64,000 bases of DNA from the IMG/VR virus record IMGVR_UViG_3300027983_002388; one strand, written 5' to 3'. The translations under genes and the position numbers were made by a program. Of the stretch, positions 35,739 through 45,721 are shown one piece after another; within the stretch, counting starts at the first letter, position 1; every line of letters begins with the position of its first letter. Under the pieces are notes generated by a model. The model searched no databases and was not told where the DNA came from. It saw only the letters and a program-made list of their open reading frames with translations. Origin of the DNA: a virus (lineage: Duplodnaviria > Caudoviricetes).

Positions 35739-36444
35739 TAGGTTCAAAGCCCTTTTTCTTTGGCGCAGAAGCCAGTGCTGGCGGTAATTCAAACGGATAT
35801 TCTACATCCGGCATGTGATTGTACCCCTTCATGTCTTTCAAGAAGGAATCAACTTGCTGGTCTGTGTAACCGAGTAGTTCTCCAATTCTTTTGTGAATTG
35901 GTTTACAATTCATACCGCCATAGCCTCGTTTACAAAACACATCGCACCTACCATGCAGCATTTGATTGACACGGCCTATGATTTCTGGAGCGACATTGCC
36001 GTGATCGGCAGAAGTGAGGAAATCCAAATAATATTGACATTGATAGACCTTCCACAATTCTTCGGCGGCTGCACGTCCTCCAACTATGATATTTGTTCTT
36101 GAATATCCTGGCAAATTCATGTGAATAATATGAAAATCAGGCCGCACTTTAATGCCATGCGTCAATAATTCTGCCTGAATGCGACCAAGGTTGCCAAAAT
36201 CCTTCTTGATCGCATCAGCGACAACGGATGAGGCGGGACTTTCGGGATGATAGTCATAACGCACAATAGCGGCTGGTTTAAGCCCCAATATGGCAGCGAT
36301 TAGATGATCGCCAGAATGCGGCCCAGGCTTGTAGGTTGCCTGAGTATGGTAAATGCGTGCCTGAGCCTCTGGAGAAAGTTCCAGGGCTTCTGCAAAGGTT
36401 ACGACATGACCCTGATCGAGTCTGAAGACCTCGCTGACAACCAA
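35689..36444 (-). CDS. Hypothetical protein; CTS-like start (DFSKWLVVSE) separated from its ATG by a frameshift
   Basis: TTG start in track; upstream in-frame DFSKW preceded by TAA. Confidence 0.6.
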   Translation of the reverse strand: MVVSEVFRLDQGHVVTFAEALELSPEAQARIYHTQATYKPGPHSGDHLIAAILGLKPAAIVRYDYHPESPASSVVADAIKKDFGNLGRIQAELLTHGIKVRPDFHIIHMNLPGYSRTNIIVGGRAAAEELWKVYQCQYYLDFLTSADHGNVAPEIIGRVNQMLHGRCDVFCKRGYGGMNCKPIHKRIGELLGYTDQQVDSFLKDMKGYNHMPDVEYPFELPPALASAPKKKGFEPNESRNHFIQSKSASFI

Positions 36445-36454
36445 CCATTTAGAA

Positions 36455-36500
36455 AAATCTTAATCCCATGCGGTATTTAAGCCGCATGGGATTAAGATTT
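36455..36500. repeat. 19-bp perfect inverted repeat
   Basis: AAATCTTAATCCCATGCGG-TATTTAAG-CCGCATGGGATTAAGATTT. Confidence 0.95.
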
Positions 36501-36714
36501 ATATAACTTCAAGCACGGTTTCGATTTGAGCAAATTCTTCAATTTTGAACGCTGGAATGGAGATGAGAGCCGTCAATCCACCATCATACTTGAGTTCGCC
36601 ACCCAATTCATTCAATTTTTGAATATCTTCAGGCGAAAGAGAAGTCGTCAAAAACAGCTTGAAATGAGTCGGCTCCAAGCTATTAGGGTCAAAAGTCGCC
36701 TTTATTTTGCTCAT
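36499..36714 (-). CDS. Hypothetical protein
   Basis: Coupled ORF. Confidence 0.6.
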   Translation of the reverse strand: MSKIKATFDPNSLEPTHFKLFLTTSLSPEDIQKLNELGGELKYDGGLTALISIPAFKIEEFAQIETVLEVI

Positions 36715-37298
36715 GACTCATCCTTTGGCATCCCGGCATTACGGGCATAAATAGTTGCCAATTGCTCAACGGTGACGTTGTAGTGATACCGAAACAACAT
36801 CTTCTTGATGCTTTCCAAAGGAACCTTGTGGGACAATTGATTCTTCTCCCACAGGGACTTGCACATCTTTTCCAAATGTTTCCGGTTCTTTTCCTTATCG
36901 TCCAAATATGGAGCAATATCGTTGACCCACCAAGGCGAAGTTGCCTCTTCGATCTGAACTCGATATTGATACTGAAATGCCATCTCAAAGTATGGCATCA
37001 ACTCCCGGACCATCGTGTTGGTGTTGTCCACAATCGCCAAAGGAAGCTGCCGCTGCATTCGCATACGAATATTCTTATGGCACTGCTTGTGAGCCATGCC
37101 CAGCTTTTCGATGGACCAGTTGGCGACATACTCTTCAGGGGTATTGCCAAAGAAGTGGTCGGCAGAGTGAATCACAGAAGGATCATCACCAGCCAATTCC
37201 ATCGCACGATAGCTCTTGCCTGATGAGGGAACCCCTCGCATCAAGATCAATACCTTATCGTTGTTCGGATCGAACATCCACTGGAATGCGCTGTTCAT
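36711..37298 (-). CDS. P-loop kinase (AAA_33/N4BP2-like)
   Basis: LMRGVPSSGKS, SADHFF, IVDNTN, HKVP. Confidence 0.82.
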   Translation of the reverse strand: MNSAFQWMFDPNNDKVLILMRGVPSSGKSYRAMELAGDDPSVIHSADHFFGNTPEEYVANWSIEKLGMAHKQCHKNIRMRMQRQLPLAIVDNTNTMVRELMPYFEMAFQYQYRVQIEEATSPWWVNDIAPYLDDKEKNRKHLEKMCKSLWEKNQLSHKVPLESIKKMLFRYHYNVTVEQLATIYARNAGMPKDES

Positions 37299-37594
37299 TT
37301 TCTGCTTTCTTTATCGCCTCGTTAAAAGCCCCGCCTGCGATACCAGCACAAGCTATTGCCGCAATTATCAGGAATGTAACAAAATCCTCTTCACGATACT
37401 TTATCGCAAGAATTACAAAAAGCAATACGCCCAGGGTGCAAACTAGCGACCCACGGATTCATCCTTGACGGAAGACAAAACAATATCCGCTGCTTGCCCT
37501 GTAGCGAACGATCCATCTTCGTGTCGAATTTCAAACGGAGAATTACATTCAATGGTCCAGCCGTTTGATTCCAATATTTTTTCATCTTGCGTTT

Positions 37595-38542
37595 TCATCG
37601 GAAAAACTCCGTGTGATCCACGAATTTGAAGCCGCAACGGGCGGCAAAGGTCTTGTCGGTCGTCATGTCACCGACGTAAGTGCATTTACGAGGATCGAGC
37701 TTGTATTTGTAGATCAACTCCACGCCCATTCCAGGACCGGGCTTCCGACAATAACAAGTAATCGGAGGAACCTTGTGAGGACAATACAAGATTTCCTTGA
37801 ATTCCACGCCCAACTGCTTTGTGGTTTCTGCAAAACAGGCTTCGGCATCTGCCGCTGTGAGTTTTCCTTTGGCGATGCCTGACTGATTGCTGGCCCCCAG
37901 GATTAAGACTCCCTGAAGACCTACGATTCGTTTGAGTCGAACAGACCGCTGTTTAATGGCTCGAACTTGATCCGGCGAAACCGGATATTTCTCTTCACCA
38001 ACATGGGTTCGGAGTGTGCCATCAAAATCAAAAATGGCAGCTTCATTGACCCAATCAGCGGGATAAATCCGCACGAACTTTTCAGATTTTACCGAAGCGA
38101 ATCCCTCTGCAACCGTGGGCTTTTCAAAGTCTTTGCGATATTTGTAGAGAACGGCGACAGGGAAAAGATTCGGGTCGTCTTTGTACGGAGCCAACTTGTG
38201 GTCGTCGGGATGAAGAATCTTTCCGCAGCGTTCCATCATGCGACAACAAGCGTTGAATTGAGCGTCTTCAAGCGACGTATCCATCAGCACAAAATGGACA
38301 TCAACTCCAACGTCTTTTGCGGCTTTGAGAACTTCGGCCCGGCTCGTTTTGGTCGCATATAGATTGTCCATGACGACATTCTTGCCTGCCCGAAGTGCGG
38401 CCAGCATGGGCGAAATGAGGTCATTCACCTTGCCGCCCAAAGTATCCCGATTCAATCGGGTGTATCCCTGGTCAACAAAACGCTTTGTGACCGTTGTTTT
38501 CCCACCCGCAGGCATTCCGCCAACCAAAACGACTTCTGCCAT
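37595..38542 (-). CDS. Polynucleotide kinase-phosphatase-like (AAA_33 kinase plus HAD/GmhB-type phosphatase)
   Basis: GGMPAGGKTT, LNRD, VMDN; DFDGTL, SNQSG, CRKPGPGM, YVGD. Confidence 0.85.
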   Translation of the reverse strand: MAEVVLVGGMPAGGKTTVTKRFVDQGYTRLNRDTLGGKVNDLISPMLAALRAGKNVVMDNLYATKTSRAEVLKAAKDVGVDVHFVLMDTSLEDAQFNACCRMMERCGKILHPDDHKLAPYKDDPNLFPVAVLYKYRKDFEKPTVAEGFASVKSEKFVRIYPADWVNEAAIFDFDGTLRTHVGEEKYPVSPDQVRAIKQRSVRLKRIVGLQGVLILGASNQSGIAKGKLTAADAEACFAETTKQLGVEFKEILYCPHKVPPITCYCRKPGPGMGVELIYKYKLDPRKCTYVGDMTTDKTFAARCGFKFVDHTEFFR

Positions 38543-38575
38543 GAGTTGCTCCTTTTGAAGTTGTAAAGACCAGAA

Positions 38576-38604
38576 ACTATACCACAGAAGACTTCTTGTG
38601 TAAA
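38576..38604 (-). promoter_or_regulatory. Sigma70-like promoter
   Basis: Minus strand TTTACA-N17-TATAGT with TG extension. Confidence 0.7.
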
Positions 38605-38611
38605 GCAACAA

Positions 38612-38718
38612 CAAAAAGGCTTCAAAGTATCTCTTTTACAGCGACAGAATATGAGGAAAAGACCAAAAAGGCTTCAAAGTATCTCTTTTACAGCGACAGA
38701 ATATGAGGAAAAGACCAA
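38612..38718 (+). repeat. 52-bp tandem duplication covering the leader and SD of the GT2 gene
   Basis: CAAAAAGGCTTCAAAGTATCTCTTTTACAGCGACAGAATATGAGGAAAAGAC, two copies. Confidence 0.95.
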
Positions 38719-38719
38719 T

Positions 38720-39778
38720 ATGACCCCAAAAGTAAGCATCGTAGTTCCCGTATGGAACGAAGAAAAATACCTAGAAAAATCCTTAGACACAATACGCTGC
38801 CAGACCTTTGAAGATTTCGAGGTCATTATCGTTGATGACTGTTCCACTGATCGAACCCCTAAAATCATCAAATATTTTGAAACACTCGATCCTCGCTTCA
38901 GAAGCATAAGGCTGTCAAAGAACTCCGGAACTGGCACGGCTTTGAATGCGGGATTCAAAGAAGCAGTTGGAAAATATCAAACATGGTTAAGTGGTGACAG
39001 TTGGGTCATGGATGATGCTATTGAAAAACTTACGACGGCTTTGGATAAAACGGGACCAGAAATTGTTCTGGTGTACGCTGATTGGCTGCAAGTTGACGAT
39101 GTGTTTGGCGTTGTAGAAGAACGTAAAAACCCAGAATACAACAAAAAAGCACTGCAAGACTTTTGCTACCTGGGACCAAGTTGGCTTTGGCGGAAAGAAG
39201 CCAAGGACAAGGCAGGCGAATATTGTGCAGAAATCTGTGAGGACTATTACATGCACTTGCTTTTGTCTGAGCAGGGCGATTTTCAACACGTCCCGAAGAC
39301 ATTAGGGATTTGGCGAAATCACGCAGAAAACTTAACCAATAAAGTTAACAATCCAGAGGGATGGACTCAATCGGTCGTGGCACGAGCGATGGCTCGCTGG
39401 ACATTCTGCAAATACAGAGCGGCGTACATCTCCCAAACTTATACTTCAGAAGGATGGAAGTTCGTCGATATGATGAACAAAATTACTGACGACTTTTCTT
39501 ATAGGCACATTACCTATGAACAAAGGCATGACTTCACCATCGGTGAACATGATGAAAAGATAGAAGAAATCCTCAAGGAATGTGATGTGGTGATTCTCTG
39601 GGGTGTAATGCCAGATTGCCTAAAAGATAAAATACATTGTCCAATTGTCGGTGACAAATGGACCAATGACCAAAACTTAGTTCCAGAATACGAACAACGA
39701 TATAAGGATGCAATCAATGGAACCATACGCAAGCAACAAAGCAAGCCTACACTTAAACCAACTGGTTCAACTGCGTGA
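38720..39778 (+). CDS. Glycosyltransferase GT2
   Basis: VSIVVPVWN, IIVDDCSTDRT, NSGTGTALNAG, WLSGD, CEDY. Confidence 0.9.
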   Translation: MTPKVSIVVPVWNEEKYLEKSLDTIRCQTFEDFEVIIVDDCSTDRTPKIIKYFETLDPRFRSIRLSKNSGTGTALNAGFKEAVGKYQTWLSGDSWVMDDAIEKLTTALDKTGPEIVLVYADWLQVDDVFGVVEERKNPEYNKKALQDFCYLGPSWLWRKEAKDKAGEYCAEICEDYYMHLLLSEQGDFQHVPKTLGIWRNHAENLTNKVNNPEGWTQSVVARAMARWTFCKYRAAYISQTYTSEGWKFVDMMNKITDDFSYRHITYEQRHDFTIGEHDEKIEEILKECDVVILWGVMPDCLKDKIHCPIVGDKWTNDQNLVPEYEQRYKDAINGTIRKQQSKPTLKPTGSTA

Positions 39779-40802
39779 CAGCAAGCAACCCTATCCTATT
39801 CACGTTCAATTGATTGTTTCTGATTACTGTAATCAGGATTGCAGCTTTTGCGCATACCGAACAAGTGGGTATAGCAGTAATGAACTATTCAAAATCATCG
39901 ACGACAATGGTGGCGTAAACAATAATCCCCGTCGTATGATTCCTTGGGAGAAATTACAAGAGGTAGTGGAAGACTGCCACAAGATGGGTGTGAGAGCCAT
40001 TCAAATTACAGGTGGCGGTGAACCGACGCTGCACCCAAACTTCAATGAACTGTGCGAGATGATTCTCTCAAAAAACATTGACTTGGCTCTTGTCAGCAAT
40101 GGATTGCTGTTAAACAAAAAACGTGCTGAAATCATTGCCAGAGCAACATGGGCCAGGATTTCAATTGATGCGGGAACTCCAGAAACTTATTCAGGAATCA
40201 GAAATGTTCCCAAGCAAGAGTTGGGAATTGTAGAAAAAAACATTCGTTATCTCACTTCAATCCCTGATCGTAAAGCCACGGTCGGCATCGGCTTTGTTGT
40301 GACAAAAGAAAACTACAAAGAGATAGCAATTGGTTGCAGACAATTCAAAGAATGGGGTGCAGATAACGTAAGATTATCGGCTGTATTCCAGAATGATGAA
40401 GAAAGGTTCTATGATGGAATCCATGATGAAATCATGGAACAAATTGAAACCATTTCTTATTTGAACGATAAGAAGTTCAGAATATTCAACAACTACAACT
40501 CTCGATACGCAGACCTAGAACAAGGCAAACCGGATTACGAGAAATGCGGTTACATGAACTTCACAACTTACATTGGTGGCGACCAACACGTCTACACCTG
40601 CTGTGTGAATGCTTATAACCAAAAAGGTCAAATCGGCAGCATCAAAGAAATGAGTTTCAAAGACCTCTGGGACAGCAAACACAAACAAGAATTCTTTGGC
40701 GAATTTGATGCTCGCAACTGCACTCGTTGCATGTTCAACGACAAAAACAGAGCAATCAATCAGTTGCTTGTTGAGCCTCAATCACACGATAATTTCGTTT
40801 AG
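39708..40802 (+). CDS. Radical SAM/SPASM enzyme
   Basis: CNQDCSFC, ITGGGEPTLHP, ISIDAG, C-terminal C...CC...CTRC. Confidence 0.9.
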   Translation: MQSMEPYASNKASLHLNQLVQLRDSKQPYPIHVQLIVSDYCNQDCSFCAYRTSGYSSNELFKIIDDNGGVNNNPRRMIPWEKLQEVVEDCHKMGVRAIQITGGGEPTLHPNFNELCEMILSKNIDLALVSNGLLLNKKRAEIIARATWARISIDAGTPETYSGIRNVPKQELGIVEKNIRYLTSIPDRKATVGIGFVVTKENYKEIAIGCRQFKEWGADNVRLSAVFQNDEERFYDGIHDEIMEQIETISYLNDKKFRIFNNYNSRYADLEQGKPDYEKCGYMNFTTYIGGDQHVYTCCVNAYNQKGQIGSIKEMSFKDLWDSKHKQEFFGEFDARNCTRCMFNDKNRAINQLLVEPQSHDNFV

Positions 40803-43140
40803 CATTAGACTGCCCGTGGTACAAGTGGATGACATCTACATCTATTTGTACCATGTGAGCGGCTGATTGGTCTAAACCTCTTCGATAAGCCAAAACATAA
40901 GGCTTATCGAAACAATCAAAATTATCACGAAAGACAAAAATTTGCTTGTCTTTTTTTACATAATTCAATGAACCAAAGTTATCGTTCAATTCTTTTAACA
41001 AAACTCCGTCAATGTCGTCAACAACATGAGTCGTTGCAACCGCAGTGGGATCGTATTGAACTGACTTTATCAAGCGGTCCAAAATATCACGTTGAGGCAT
41101 GAATATATCTGCTCCGATAACCACAATGGTTTGTCCTACTGCTTGATTAAGCCCTTTTTCCAACGCCTGATTTGCTCCCTGGTGTATGAGCTTGCGAGCT
41201 AAAATGCCGTTGTTTCTCTGACCAGAGAATAGATGCCTAATATTCAGTCGCTTGTTATACAAACTACAAATGTTTTGTGTTTCGTCATATTCAAATCCAT
41301 CGTTGATTACAATAACTTCAAAATCAAAATCAGTTTGTTGATTAGCCAAAGAAAACAAATTCCATCTTAGTTGTTCAGTACGCTTAAAAGATGGAATTAA
41401 AACTGATACTGGTTTAGATTCTCTTTTAACATCAATATACTTCATGATGGTGTTGGACAACGTGCTGTTGCCGTAAGCCACGTTGTTTGGCGTGATTCTT
41501 TGATTGAATTGTTGAGCAATCAGATCGCCTGCGTACCAGTGGATACCAATCGTGTCTTGCTCCAGAGGAACATTATTGATGAAAATATCTTTGGTGCGAC
41601 TCCAATCCAAAGCATACACAGTGTCTTTCGAGATCAACCCCACGTTGATTGGGAACTTCATGAGATTCATCTCAGGAAGAAAAAACAGATCAGCCCCAAT
41701 GGATTGATATTTCTTGAGATTCAATCGTTGTTTCGCTAATACTTCTAGTTTGGCATAAACAGGGTTGCCAGCACAGCTAAACAAGAATCCAATAGGGACC
41801 AGACCATCTTCAAAGATGCAGATACCTGTGTCTACATTGCCATTCTCTCTCTTGTTGATAGAAACAGAATTCATGGGACGAAAATACAAAATATCAAAAT
41901 CAGACCATACGCCGCCTTCTGTGGAAAGCAACAAATAGCGAAGATAGTCAGATTTGTATGTTTCAGGAATGTTGTTCTTGAAACCGTATTTTTCAAAGTC
42001 GTGACCTACAAACTCCACATAATATTCTTCTAGTTTTTCTATGTAAGCGTATTCGCCAGCAGTAGCTAAACCCTTTTCAGAATGCGGCAAATCTCCCCAG
42101 GTAATATCGCCATCATAAGGAAAAAGCGGACGGTGAATTTTTATTTTCCAATCAGGGTTGTGCTGCCTGAATGAAACAACAGTAAGGTATCTCAGGTAAG
42201 AAAGATTCTGACCGCCCCAATAAAGATGCAACACCTTGGGTATCTTGGTTAGATGCCATTGAGGCAAATGAGTCACTGAATAATCAATTCCTAAATTCAA
42301 AGCCTTAACAATAATCTTGCACAACGTATTGTCGAATATGAATACATTTTCAACAGTGATGCGTGAGTCAAAATCTTGAGAAATAGGAGTTCCAGCAAAC
42401 CAATGAATGCCTACGGCATCATCTGGATATGACACTTCACTAATGAATACATCTGAAAGACGCTTCCACTCAAAATAGTAAATTGAATTCTTATCAATCT
42501 TACACAACTTAATGGGCAATTGATCGATTTGCATGTCTGGCAATGCGAATAAATCAGCACCAATAGACTGATAACTTGTAAGGTCAAGTTTCTCTTTAGC
42601 TAGAGCCTCTAGCTTGATGTACATAGGATTGTTTGCACTGCTGAACAGAAACGATATGTGAGGCAACCCATCTTCGATGTACAATCCTGTATCTGCTTCG
42701 CTGTTTTCTGCGTTGTTAAATGCAGTCATAGTCATTGGGCGAAAATACAAAATATCAAAATCAGACCACACACCACCTTCTGTGGAAAGTAGTCTGTATC
42801 GCAGGTAGTCAGCTTTGAATGTTTCAGGGATATCGCTGCGAAACCCGTACGATTCAAAGTCATGTTCTACAAATTCTACATCGTAGTTTTTCAATTCATC
42901 CTGGTATCGCCCAGCCATTTTGAAGCTGCGAGAATATTCCGGGGAGTCCCAAGTCGGCTTGCCTTTGTAGGCATTCTTAGGGATATGCACTTTAATTTGC
43001 CAATCAGGGTTGTATTGGCGAAAAGAGACGGCGGTGAGATGTCTTAAAAAAGACATATTCTCACCGCCCCAATAAAGGTGCAATACCTTTGGGACTTTAT
43101 GAAGATGCCACAAGCCGATGGGTCGTTGAGAAAACAACAT
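40756..43140 (-). CDS. Multi-domain glycosyltransferase (two GT32-like domains plus GT2)
   Basis: Twice PKVLHLYWGG...KxDYLRY..L...GGVWSDFDILY; C-terminal SVLIPSFKR...VINDG. Confidence 0.85.
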   Translation of the reverse strand: MLFSQRPIGLWHLHKVPKVLHLYWGGENMSFLRHLTAVSFRQYNPDWQIKVHIPKNAYKGKPTWDSPEYSRSFKMAGRYQDELKNYDVEFVEHDFESYGFRSDIPETFKADYLRYRLLSTEGGVWSDFDILYFRPMTMTAFNNAENSEADTGLYIEDGLPHISFLFSSANNPMYIKLEALAKEKLDLTSYQSIGADLFALPDMQIDQLPIKLCKIDKNSIYYFEWKRLSDVFISEVSYPDDAVGIHWFAGTPISQDFDSRITVENVFIFDNTLCKIIVKALNLGIDYSVTHLPQWHLTKIPKVLHLYWGGQNLSYLRYLTVVSFRQHNPDWKIKIHRPLFPYDGDITWGDLPHSEKGLATAGEYAYIEKLEEYYVEFVGHDFEKYGFKNNIPETYKSDYLRYLLLSTEGGVWSDFDILYFRPMNSVSINKRENGNVDTGICIFEDGLVPIGFLFSCAGNPVYAKLEVLAKQRLNLKKYQSIGADLFFLPEMNLMKFPINVGLISKDTVYALDWSRTKDIFINNVPLEQDTIGIHWYAGDLIAQQFNQRITPNNVAYGNSTLSNTIMKYIDVKRESKPVSVLIPSFKRTEQLRWNLFSLANQQTDFDFEVIVINDGFEYDETQNICSLYNKRLNIRHLFSGQRNNGILARKLIHQGANQALEKGLNQAVGQTIVVIGADIFMPQRDILDRLIKSVQYDPTAVATTHVVDDIDGVLLKELNDNFGSLNYVKKDKQIFVFRDNFDCFDKPYVLAYRRGLDQSAAHMVQIDVDVIHLYHGQSNAKRNYRVIEAQQATD

Positions 43141-43712
43141 TACTCTTCGTACACTACCTTCCCGAACCAAATGCCTTCTCCATTACGGACATAGCTGAGA
43201 GAGCAGTTTTTTACAAAGTTAATTGTATCTGCGCCGCCGTTTAATCCAACAGCAAATTCGTACATCGTATTAACTGGCGTGCCATGTGAGATAACCACGA
43301 GCTTTTCGTGTTTCAAACTGTCATGGAATGCCTTCATTCGAGCAACAAATTGCTTGTCAGATTCTTGAGTGAAGAACAAGTCGTCGCTGTGATTCCAAAT
43401 AAATTCTGGAAATTTCTCTTGGTGATTTTTGACTTCCGCCGCCTGATATTTCATCATGATTTCCCGTGGTCCGGGATTCACAGTGAACTCTAAACCAGTT
43501 TCTTCTCGTATTATCCGAGAAGTTTGCAAACATCGCATGTATGGCGACGTAATGCCAACAAAGTTGTTGATGTGACCAAATTGTTCCTTGAGGAATTTAC
43601 CTGTCGTGCGAGCTTGTTCAATGCCTTTAGGAGTAAGCTCGCTATCCAGATGATCCGTCAAATAAGCGTTGTATTGGCTTTCCCCGTGACGAACTAAAAT
43701 CAATTCTTTCAT
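43140..43712 (-). CDS. Histidine phosphatase (PGM family)
   Basis: LVRHGES, SPYMRCLQT, ISHG. Confidence 0.9.
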   Translation of the reverse strand: MKELILVRHGESQYNAYLTDHLDSELTPKGIEQARTTGKFLKEQFGHINNFVGITSPYMRCLQTSRIIREETGLEFTVNPGPREIMMKYQAAEVKNHQEKFPEFIWNHSDDLFFTQESDKQFVARMKAFHDSLKHEKLVVISHGTPVNTMYEFAVGLNGGADTINFVKNCSLSYVRNGEGIWFGKVVYEE

Positions 43713-44521
43713 TCCAACCTCAAAGTTAAGCATTTACAGGCACCACCCGCTTTGATGAATTCGCTCATATCAGTATCGAATACCTCAAAACCCGCACTCA
43801 CCAAAAGAGCTTTTGTCGCCTCGCATCCGGCTGGAATGACAACTAGATTGCCAATAGCAACAGCATTGCAGGCGAACTTGCGAGCATCCTCTTCTGGTAC
43901 TCTGAGTAATTCTAGTCCGGCTTCCAGTGAAGAAACCGTATCTTTGTCAAAAGCTCCAGTCCAAATCAAAGCATAATCATCTTTGAGAGGACAAAAACAG
44001 GTATCCAAGTGGTAAAAATATGGATCAATCAATTTTAGATATTGAGCGTTTTCTGTCCTGAAAATTCCCCAATGTGAATTGGTGTCATAATCGCTACGAA
44101 ATCCATAGCCTAAATAAAGTTTTTTTTCAAAATCACTAGATTCTTCTTTGAATAAAGCATCGCCAGCACCCTCGAAATTAAACTCAGACGAAAATTGCAT
44201 AGTCTCAAAGCCGTTGGCCTCGAACCACATTTGATAATGTTTCTTTTCTGCCTGTCGTTCGGGATGTTTGAAATTAGAGAGCATGACTAGATTTTGATCT
44301 CGAAACACAAGTCCCGCATTTGCGGTAAATACCATGTCTGGAAGTCCAGGTTGTCCTGGCATGGTCATGATAGTAGCACCTAATTGATTTAATATATCAA
44401 TTAGGTCGTGCCATTGGCGAATAGCCAATTCTCGATCCGCTTGATTTTGGATACTCATCCAAGGATTGATTTCATATTCAATTCCATAATACGTTGGGTC
44501 GCAAACAAGTATTTTGTTCAT
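43709..44521 (-). CDS. Amidinotransferase/dimethylarginine dimethylaminohydrolase family protein
   Basis: YEINPWM, PDMVFTANAG, FEGAGD, YHLDTCF, EFIKAGGACKCLTL. Confidence 0.9.
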   Translation of the reverse strand: MNKILVCDPTYYGIEYEINPWMSIQNQADRELAIRQWHDLIDILNQLGATIMTMPGQPGLPDMVFTANAGLVFRDQNLVMLSNFKHPERQAEKKHYQMWFEANGFETMQFSSEFNFEGAGDALFKEESSDFEKKLYLGYGFRSDYDTNSHWGIFRTENAQYLKLIDPYFYHLDTCFCPLKDDYALIWTGAFDKDTVSSLEAGLELLRVPEEDARKFACNAVAIGNLVVIPAGCEATKALLVSAGFEVFDTDMSEFIKAGGACKCLTLRLE

Positions 44522-44802
44522 CCATTGGTGCCTAAAGTTGGTGATGAAGACATGATACGGATGAGATCGCCAAGCGTACCCATCCGGCTTCTAATTTGTC
44601 CAACAACTTGATCTTGGACTTGTTGCCGCAATCCTTTGAACTCGCCGAGTCCATTAAGAATATTGATTAACTGCTCTGGTTCCCATGTGTCAATTCCTTG
44701 GGATAGACCGTGGGTTCGATCAAGGTTCAGTTTGCCAAGAAGGATATTCTTGTAAAAGTCATAACCTTTATCTTCCATTTCGGCAAGCCAAACCTTGAAC
44801 AT
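44518..44802 (-). CDS. Putative capsid-packaged protein (MFKVWLAEME)
   Basis: ATAAATA upstream; CTS-like N-terminus. Confidence 0.65.
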   Translation of the reverse strand: MFKVWLAEMEDKGYDFYKNILLGKLNLDRTHGLSQGIDTWEPEQLINILNGLGEFKGLRQQVQDQVVGQIRSRMGTLGDLIRIMSSSPTLGTNG

Positions 44803-44857
44803 TATTTACCACCTATATTTATTCTAAAGGAGTTGAGTCTATTCCATATATAAAGTC

Positions 44858-45667
44858 ATGAACCGATTACTTTTCAAACAATGGATGTTATCCGAAATGG
44901 CCGATTTCGGATTTGACCAGGACCAACAAGGCCAGCCAAAAGGCGGCACGGAGGAAATGGAAGGAGACAGTCCGTTCAAAAATTTAGACGGTAGCAAAAT
45001 CATTACAGAACTGGCTAGTTTTCCAGCTTTAGGCCCAAATCAACCGCTTCGACGCTGGAACGATGTGGTCGAGTGGGGGAGTGGCCCAGGGGCAATTCAA
45101 GTTGGCGTGACTCCATTGGGATCAATGAGAGTCGTAATTCGCAGAATGACCAAAGACCTTTGCGGAGAGAATACCTGGATATGCACCAAGGTCATTCCTC
45201 TGAGTGACAATGCCGCCGAGAGCAAAGAAACATCTATAGCTCATGATGTGTACGACATGATAACGGAATCATCCAATGAAATGATTCCTGGTCCCGCTAA
45301 AGAGTTCGACGAACTAGAACGATTGTCTTGGAAGCTGTGGGCGGCAACAAAGCGAGATCATCCTTCATATTGCATGTTCCCTATCGGGATGCGTCAGCAA
45401 AATGAGAACTACTACAAGCTCGTGTTCGAGTTTCGTGGACACGGAGTTCAAAAAATCGGTAGTGGTGCCCGTGCCGAACAATTCAATATCGACATGGTAT
45501 GGGAACCAAAACGTGGTTTGATTCGTTGCTTGGGATATGATATTGATTCAAGTCTAGGACAACACTCCTGGAAAGTTCAGCCATCTGAATTCAACGAATA
45601 TTTTTCGCCCCAACAAAAACATGAAACTATCATTGCCAGCATAGTTCAGACTTTCTTGCAGTATTGA
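44858..45667 (+). CDS. Putative capsid-packaged protein (MNRLLFKQWMLSEM)
   Basis: ATATATAA 4 nt upstream; CTS-like N-terminus. Confidence 0.7.
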   Translation: MNRLLFKQWMLSEMADFGFDQDQQGQPKGGTEEMEGDSPFKNLDGSKIITELASFPALGPNQPLRRWNDVVEWGSGPGAIQVGVTPLGSMRVVIRRMTKDLCGENTWICTKVIPLSDNAAESKETSIAHDVYDMITESSNEMIPGPAKEFDELERLSWKLWAATKRDHPSYCMFPIGMRQQNENYYKLVFEFRGHGVQKIGSGARAEQFNIDMVWEPKRGLIRCLGYDIDSSLGQHSWKVQPSEFNEYFSPQQKHETIIASIVQTFLQY

Positions 45668-45721
45668 CCAACCTATAATAAAACGATAGTTGATCTAATC
45701 ATTTACTTTACAGAGGATATT

